NCBI GenBank assembly: GCA_003446015.1
Contig: DMBU01000054.1
Location: forward strand, 1,121 to 65,120
Reading direction: 5' to 3'
Length of the DNA stretch: 64,000 nucleotides
From: Bacteroidales bacterium
GTDB lineage: Bacteria; Bacteroidota; Bacteroidia; Bacteroidales; UBA12077
The notes under the pieces are model-generated. The model was not told the origin of the DNA. It worked only from the letters and a program-made list of their open reading frames with translations, and did no database searches. A program made the translations under genes and the position numbers. The stretch's first letter is position 1; each line of letters begins with the position of its first letter. This document shows, piece by piece, positions 59,781 through 64,000 of this stretch.

Positions 59781-60128
59781 ATGATGAAAACCTATTACCC
59801 GTATTTCAATTTATTTTATAAAGAAGGAATTAAAATTAAGTATTTTATTGAAATGCTTGTGAAAATTCCCGGAAAATGTTACAAGGAAGAAATTACACAA
59901 TCATTTGATGGCGAGTACTGGGAAGTTAGGTTAAAGTTAAGAGAGAATAAGGCTGAATTGGAGGCTATTGACAAAATTGAAGAATATAAGATTGAATTAA
60001 CACCTGAAGATCAAAAGCAACTAAATAAAATTAAGATAATTGTTAAAAATTATGACAATTTGTTAAGAAATGGTGATCCAGATGGTGAAGGGAAAACCGG
60101 ATCGGGTAGTGGTGAAATAGAACCTTAA
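59781..60128 (+). CDS. hypothetical protein
   Basis: ORF from the ATG at 59781 (the track start is a TTG at 59721). Gly/acidic C-terminal tail. No family recognised. Confidence 0.4.
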   Translation: MMKTYYPYFNLFYKEGIKIKYFIEMLVKIPGKCYKEEITQSFDGEYWEVRLKLRENKAELEAIDKIEEYKIELTPEDQKQLNKIKIIVKNYDNLLRNGDPDGEGKTGSGSGEIEP

Positions 60129-60149
60129 ATTAAAGTAAGTAATTTAATA

Positions 60150-62234
60150 ATGAAAAAATCAGTAGGAATAGTAAGTGTTTTTTTATTTGTGCTGATATTT
60201 GTGAGTAGATCCGAGGCTGTTTCTATTGATAGTTTACGAATTGCGGTCAGAAATCTTCCTGATGATACAACCAAAGCAAAAGAATTAGCTAATTTATCAT
60301 ATAAATATATAAAATACCAAATTGACTCGTCTCTTTATTTTGCCACAGAGGCTTTAAAGCTTTCAAAAAAATTAAATTATAATTACGGATATGCTTATGC
60401 GCTAAAACAGAAAGGTTTAGCGCATAAGTATTTAGCAGAATATGATTCTGCGCTGTATTGTTACACCAAATCATTAGAATATTTTGATAATTTGGGTATT
60501 GATTCCGAAAGAGCTAGTTTATTGAACAGGCTTGGGAATCTTTATAAAAGAGATGGTCTGTTCGATCAATCTCTGGAAAGCTTTCTTTCGGCTTTAAGCA
60601 TTTCTGAATTGTTAAAAGACTCAACCATGATTTCTGCTATTTACAATAACTTAGGGATATTATATCTTAATATTGGAAATCATAATAAAGCGTTAGAATA
60701 TCACATGTTAAATTTGAATCTGAAGAGAAAGCTTAAGTCTGAAGAGAGTATCCCAATTATTTTAATGAATATTGGCAATGTTTATAGGGAAAAAGGTTCT
60801 TATGAACAAGCTATTGAATTTTATAACCAGGCCTTGGTGCATTTAGAATACTCAGATTATAAATACGATAGATTGTTATTAGTTCATAACATGGGAACTT
60901 TGTATGAAGAAAATAATAAGTTTAAGGAAGCTCTTGAGTTTTACAATAAGGCTCTAAGCTTGGAAAAGGAAATGAACGATAAGGAAATGCAGGTATTCTC
61001 GTTACAGGGAATTGGAAATGTTTTAATTAAGTCAGGTAATTTTAATGAAGGAATAAAATATTTGGAAAATTCTTATGCCTTAGCAAATTTGATAGGAGAC
61101 ATTAGAAAACAACATGCTCTTTCTTCAGATCTTTATAAGGAATATGAAAAACAAGGTGATTTTAAAAAAGGGTTTGTATTTTTAAAGAGGTATGTGCAAA
61201 TCGAAGATAGTATTTTTAATTTAGAAGGGAAGAAGCAAATTACAGAACTTGAACAAAAGTACGAAGCAGAAAAAAGAAATCAGCAAATTGCTTTTCTTGA
61301 AAAAGAACAATCAATTCAAAAACTTGAACTTTCAAAAAGAGAAATTGAAGCAAAACAGAAAAGTTTTCAGCGTAATGTTTTAATTATTGCAATCATTGTT
61401 GTATTAGTGCTTACATTTTATTTTGCACGCGAAAATAAAAAGAGAAAAAGAATTAATAATTTATTAATAAAGCAAAATAAAAAAATTACTGAGCAAAGAA
61501 CTGAAATTGTAAATCAAAACAACGAACTAATTGAATCGAATAAAACAAAGGACAGATTGTTCCAGATAATTGCCCATGATTTGAGGAGTCCTTTGGTTTC
61601 AATGGATAGTATAACCCAATTAATACCATACTGGGTTGAAGAGCAGGATTACGAATCGCTAAAGAAATTATCTAAAACACTGGAATTATCAGTTAAAAAT
61701 GTACTTTCATTAATTGATAATTTGTTAAACTGGGCCTTGAATCAACAGGGGAACTTTCCATATAAGCCTGAAAATTTAAGACTAAAAGAGAATATATTAG
61801 AAACGATAGAGGTTTATCGACCCATTGCTGAAATAAAAAATATTGATTTAAAATTTATATTTACCAAAGATGTGTTGGTTTTCGCTGATCGAAATATGTT
61901 ATTCACTGTTATGAGAAACCTATTGAACAATGCAGTAAAATTTACTCCTGAAAAAGGAGAAATTATTGTTGGAATTGATTGTAACCAGCAATTTGCAAAA
62001 GTTTGGGTTAAGGATTCAGGAATTGGAATACCAAAAGAAAAAAGGGAGATGGTTTTTGAATTGGCAAATGGACAAGGTAAAGGAACAAAAGGCGAAACAG
62101 GAAAGGGATTGGGATTGTTCTTTTGTAAGGAATTTGTTAGCATGAATAATGGAGACATATTTATTGAAAGTGGTATGCAAAAAGGAACAACAATTACCTT
62201 TACATTACCTTTATTTAATGTTGTTGAAAATTAA
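60150..62234 (+). CDS. TPR-repeat sensor histidine kinase
   Basis: 694-aa ORF with a signal/TM segment, ~8 TPR-like repeats, a coiled coil and a TM helix (VLIIAIIVVLVLTFYF). These are followed by the H-box FQIIAHDLRSPL, the N-box LLNNAVKFT and GKGLGL. Confidence 0.8.
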   Translation: MKKSVGIVSVFLFVLIFVSRSEAVSIDSLRIAVRNLPDDTTKAKELANLSYKYIKYQIDSSLYFATEALKLSKKLNYNYGYAYALKQKGLAHKYLAEYDSALYCYTKSLEYFDNLGIDSERASLLNRLGNLYKRDGLFDQSLESFLSALSISELLKDSTMISAIYNNLGILYLNIGNHNKALEYHMLNLNLKRKLKSEESIPIILMNIGNVYREKGSYEQAIEFYNQALVHLEYSDYKYDRLLLVHNMGTLYEENNKFKEALEFYNKALSLEKEMNDKEMQVFSLQGIGNVLIKSGNFNEGIKYLENSYALANLIGDIRKQHALSSDLYKEYEKQGDFKKGFVFLKRYVQIEDSIFNLEGKKQITELEQKYEAEKRNQQIAFLEKEQSIQKLELSKREIEAKQKSFQRNVLIIAIIVVLVLTFYFARENKKRKRINNLLIKQNKKITEQRTEIVNQNNELIESNKTKDRLFQIIAHDLRSPLVSMDSITQLIPYWVEEQDYESLKKLSKTLELSVKNVLSLIDNLLNWALNQQGNFPYKPENLRLKENILETIEVYRPIAEIKNIDLKFIFTKDVLVFADRNMLFTVMRNLLNNAVKFTPEKGEIIVGIDCNQQFAKVWVKDSGIGIPKEKREMVFELANGQGKGTKGETGKGLGLFFCKEFVSMNNGDIFIESGMQKGTTITFTLPLFNVVEN

Positions 62235-62280
62235 TTATTAATTACCTGTGTTTTTTATTGATAAAAAATAGGATTAATAG

Positions 62281-62288
62281 TAAATTTG
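62281..62288 (+). promoter_or_regulatory. candidate -7 promoter element (TAaaTTTG) for peptide gene 1
   Basis: TAnnTTTG match 41 nt upstream of the ATG at 62329. Confidence 0.35.
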
Positions 62289-62328
62289 CTGTGAAAAATC
62301 CTGATTATTAACTTTAAAATTAAATGTT

Positions 62329-62448
62329 ATGATTTTAGAAGAATTAGAATTAACTATTGAAGAATTATTTTTAATCAGAGGGGGATTGTGTCCTGAAGAT
62401 GATCCACCACCACCACCTCCTCCTCCAGGACCAGGAGAAGATGATTAA
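62329..62448 (+). CDS. 39-aa peptide precursor: double-glycine-type leader plus a Cys/Pro-rich acidic core
   Basis: MILEELELTIEELFLIRGG|LCPEDDPPPPPPPPGPGEDD. Below the track cutoff, but it has its own promoter-like motif and terminator and a paralogue at 62729. Confidence 0.55.
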   Translation: MILEELELTIEELFLIRGGLCPEDDPPPPPPPPGPGEDD

Positions 62449-62455
62449 TTAATGT

Positions 62456-62486
62456 AACTGTTTGTTTAAGCAAACAGTTTTTTTTA
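62456..62486 (+). terminator. rho-independent terminator after peptide gene 1
   Basis: AACTGTTTG / CAAACAGTT hairpin plus a T-run. Confidence 0.75.
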
Positions 62487-62685
62487 TTATTAATTCTGTA
62501 TGTTTGTTAAAATACGATTATCTATTCTACCTGATTAGTAGCCTTTTTTAATTTATCTCGTTAATTTACTGATGTTTAGTGATTAACAAAGTTTAGATGC
62601 CAAAAACGTATTACGGGTTTGTGAAATTATTGAAAACCAGTTTTTTAGACTGAATATTTCAAACAAAATACTAGCTATGTTCAAT

Positions 62686-62693
62686 TAATTTTG
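62686..62693 (+). promoter_or_regulatory. candidate -7 promoter element (TAatTTTG) for peptide gene 2
   Basis: TAnnTTTG match 36 nt upstream of the ATG at 62729. Confidence 0.35.
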
Positions 62694-62728
62694 TTATTTT
62701 TAATTTTATTAACTAAAATTCAAATGGC

Positions 62729-62818
62729 ATGAAATTAACAGATTATTTGATTGTAAACAAAGTTCCAGAAGATCCACCACCACCTCCAACACCACCAACA
62801 CCTGGCGAAGATGATTAA
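62729..62818 (+). CDS. 29-aa proline-rich acidic peptide, paralogue of the 62329 peptide core
   Basis: MKLTDYLIVNKVPEDPPPPPTPPTPGEDD. Shares PEDDPPPP...PGEDD* with peptide 1 and has the same terminator type. Confidence 0.5.
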   Translation: MKLTDYLIVNKVPEDPPPPPTPPTPGEDD

Positions 62819-62838
62819 TCTTCTTAAAGTTTTTTAGG

Positions 62839-62871
62839 TAACTGTTTGTTAATCCAAGCAGTTATTTTTTT
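62839..62871 (+). terminator. rho-independent terminator after peptide gene 2
   Basis: TAACTGTTTG / CAAGCAGTTA hairpin (one G-U pair) plus a T-run. Homologous to 62456-62486. Confidence 0.7.
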
Positions 62872-62915
62872 AATATTAATTCAGTATGTTTGTGGTACAT
62901 TAAATTGTTTTAGCG

Positions 62916-64000
62916 GTGAGGTTAACTTATTATTTTAGCATTTTAATAATTTTTATTTCATCATATAATGCATTCAGTGTTAACGATTCAAATGCTATTA
63001 TTCCTGATAGTCTTTTATTTAGTGTTAACTCCTTACCAAATGATTCATCAAAAGTTATTAAATTAAATGATCTTTCATTTAAATACATGGGGATTCAGTT
63101 AGATACTGCATTCATTTTAGGAAAAAGGGCTTTAGATCTATCAGAAGAATTAAATTTTGAGTATGGAATAGCAAAAAGCCTATTTCAATTAGGTTTGGTT
63201 TTCCGATACCAAAGTAATTATAAAAAAGCTATTGAGTATTCAAGAATATCATACAGTTTATTTGAAAAATTAAATAAACCTGAAGAAAAAGCAAGAGTTC
63301 TCAATTCTTTGGGAAATACATATAAGAGGATTGGAGATTATAAAAATTCAGTTGAAAACTTTTTAATTAGTCTTAAGATTTTCACAGAGCTTAAAGATTC
63401 TGTAAAAATCAGCTTTGTTATGAACAATCTTGGTGTTTTATATCAAGAAATGGGAGAATATGAAAAATCTCTTGATTTTCACTTGAGCAATTTGGAATTG
63501 AGGCGCAAAATAGGTGCAGATGAGGATTTAATTTTAAAAACGTTAATGAACATAGGTATTGTATACAGAGAATTAAAAAATTATAGTAAAGCTATAGATT
63601 ATTATAATGAAGCCATAAAATTAATTGATCATAATACAAGTAAATATAATCAGACATTGTTACTTCATAATATGGGAACTATTTATGAGTTAGCCGGACA
63701 TTTATTTAGTGCCAAACAGTATTATTTAAAAGCGTTAGATATTGAAGAGGAAATTGGAGAAAGAGACTTATATATCAATACATTGCAAGGTATTGGCACT
63801 GTGGTGATTCAATCAGGAGATTTTAATACAGGTTTAGATTATTTATTAAAAGCATACAAAGAAGCAAAAGCTCAAGGAAATCTTTTAAAGTGGAAAAATA
63901 CAACAAAAAGTTTAATTTGGGCATATGAAACAAAAGAAGATTATAAAAACAGCTTGTATTACCACAAAATATACCAATCTGTTAATGACAGTTTAATGGG
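62916..64000 (+). CDS. TPR-repeat protein, paralogue of the 60150 kinase (N-terminal part; runs off the window)
   Basis: The frame is open from 62904 to the window end. It is collinear with the 694-aa kinase N-terminus (LPNDSSKVIKLNDLSFKY..., LNSLGNTYKRIGDY..., NNLGVLYQEMGEY...). The start is uncertain (GTG at 62916), and a TAtgTTTG motif lies at 62885-62892. Confidence 0.7.
   Translation, partial: MRLTYYFSILIIFISSYNAFSVNDSNAIIPDSLLFSVNSLPNDSSKVIKLNDLSFKYMGIQLDTAFILGKRALDLSEELNFEYGIAKSLFQLGLVFRYQSNYKKAIEYSRISYSLFEKLNKPEEKARVLNSLGNTYKRIGDYKNSVENFLISLKIFTELKDSVKISFVMNNLGVLYQEMGEYEKSLDFHLSNLELRRKIGADEDLILKTLMNIGIVYRELKNYSKAIDYYNEAIKLIDHNTSKYNQTLLLHNMGTIYELAGHLFSAKQYYLKALDIEEEIGERDLYINTLQGIGTVVIQSGDFNTGLDYLLKAYKEAKAQGNLLKWKNTTKSLIWAYETKEDYKNSLYYHKIYQSVNDSLM

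Overview
AT-rich chromosomal window, Bacteroidota-like (TAnnTTTG-type promoter motifs, exbB/exbD cluster, gene content). Two housekeeping blocks flank a ~33.5 kb integrated island. Left block (1-11.5 kb): aroA (partial), aroB, two glutamate dehydrogenase paralogues bracketing dprA, tatD, ansA, tRNA-Ser(GGA), exbB-exbD-exbD. Right block (45-64 kb): tRNA-Arg(UCG), leuS, a yitT-family gene, an M23 peptidase, purN, acpP-fabF-rnc, a two-component pair, a 5-formyl-THF cyclo-ligase, trmH, and TPR-sensor kinases. The island (11547-45064) is bounded by an exact 24-nt direct repeat that duplicates the 3' end of tRNA-Arg. It starts with a tyrosine integrase and ends with an Xis-like HTH and rep-like genes. 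Its cargo is: (i) an S1 protease followed by a tightly packed SIR2 / 922-aa helical protein / 108-aa operon, which looks like a split DSR-like NADase defence candidate; (ii) a PIN-like 344-aa gene plus a 1627-aa Mrr-nuclease/NACHT-type STAND NTPase with a long repeat tail, which looks Avs/bNACHT-like; (iii) a GIY-YIG gene sitting in a gene-poor stretch full of repeated hairpin elements found in three separate parts of the island; (iv) a secreted endonuclease I-LTD protein, a 1230-aa SpvB-like protein, a 2088-aa CARDB-RHS polymorphic toxin with an HExxH C-terminal domain, and a lipoprotein immunity gene. Outside the island, two features stand out: a 25-bp inverted repeat brackets dprA between the two gdh genes, and two promoter-and-terminator-equipped mini-genes for proline-rich peptides (one with a double-glycine leader) sit between paralogous TPR histidine kinases. 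I saw no rRNA, CRISPR array, transposase or reverse transcriptase. All domain calls come from motifs read by eye; no database search was possible.
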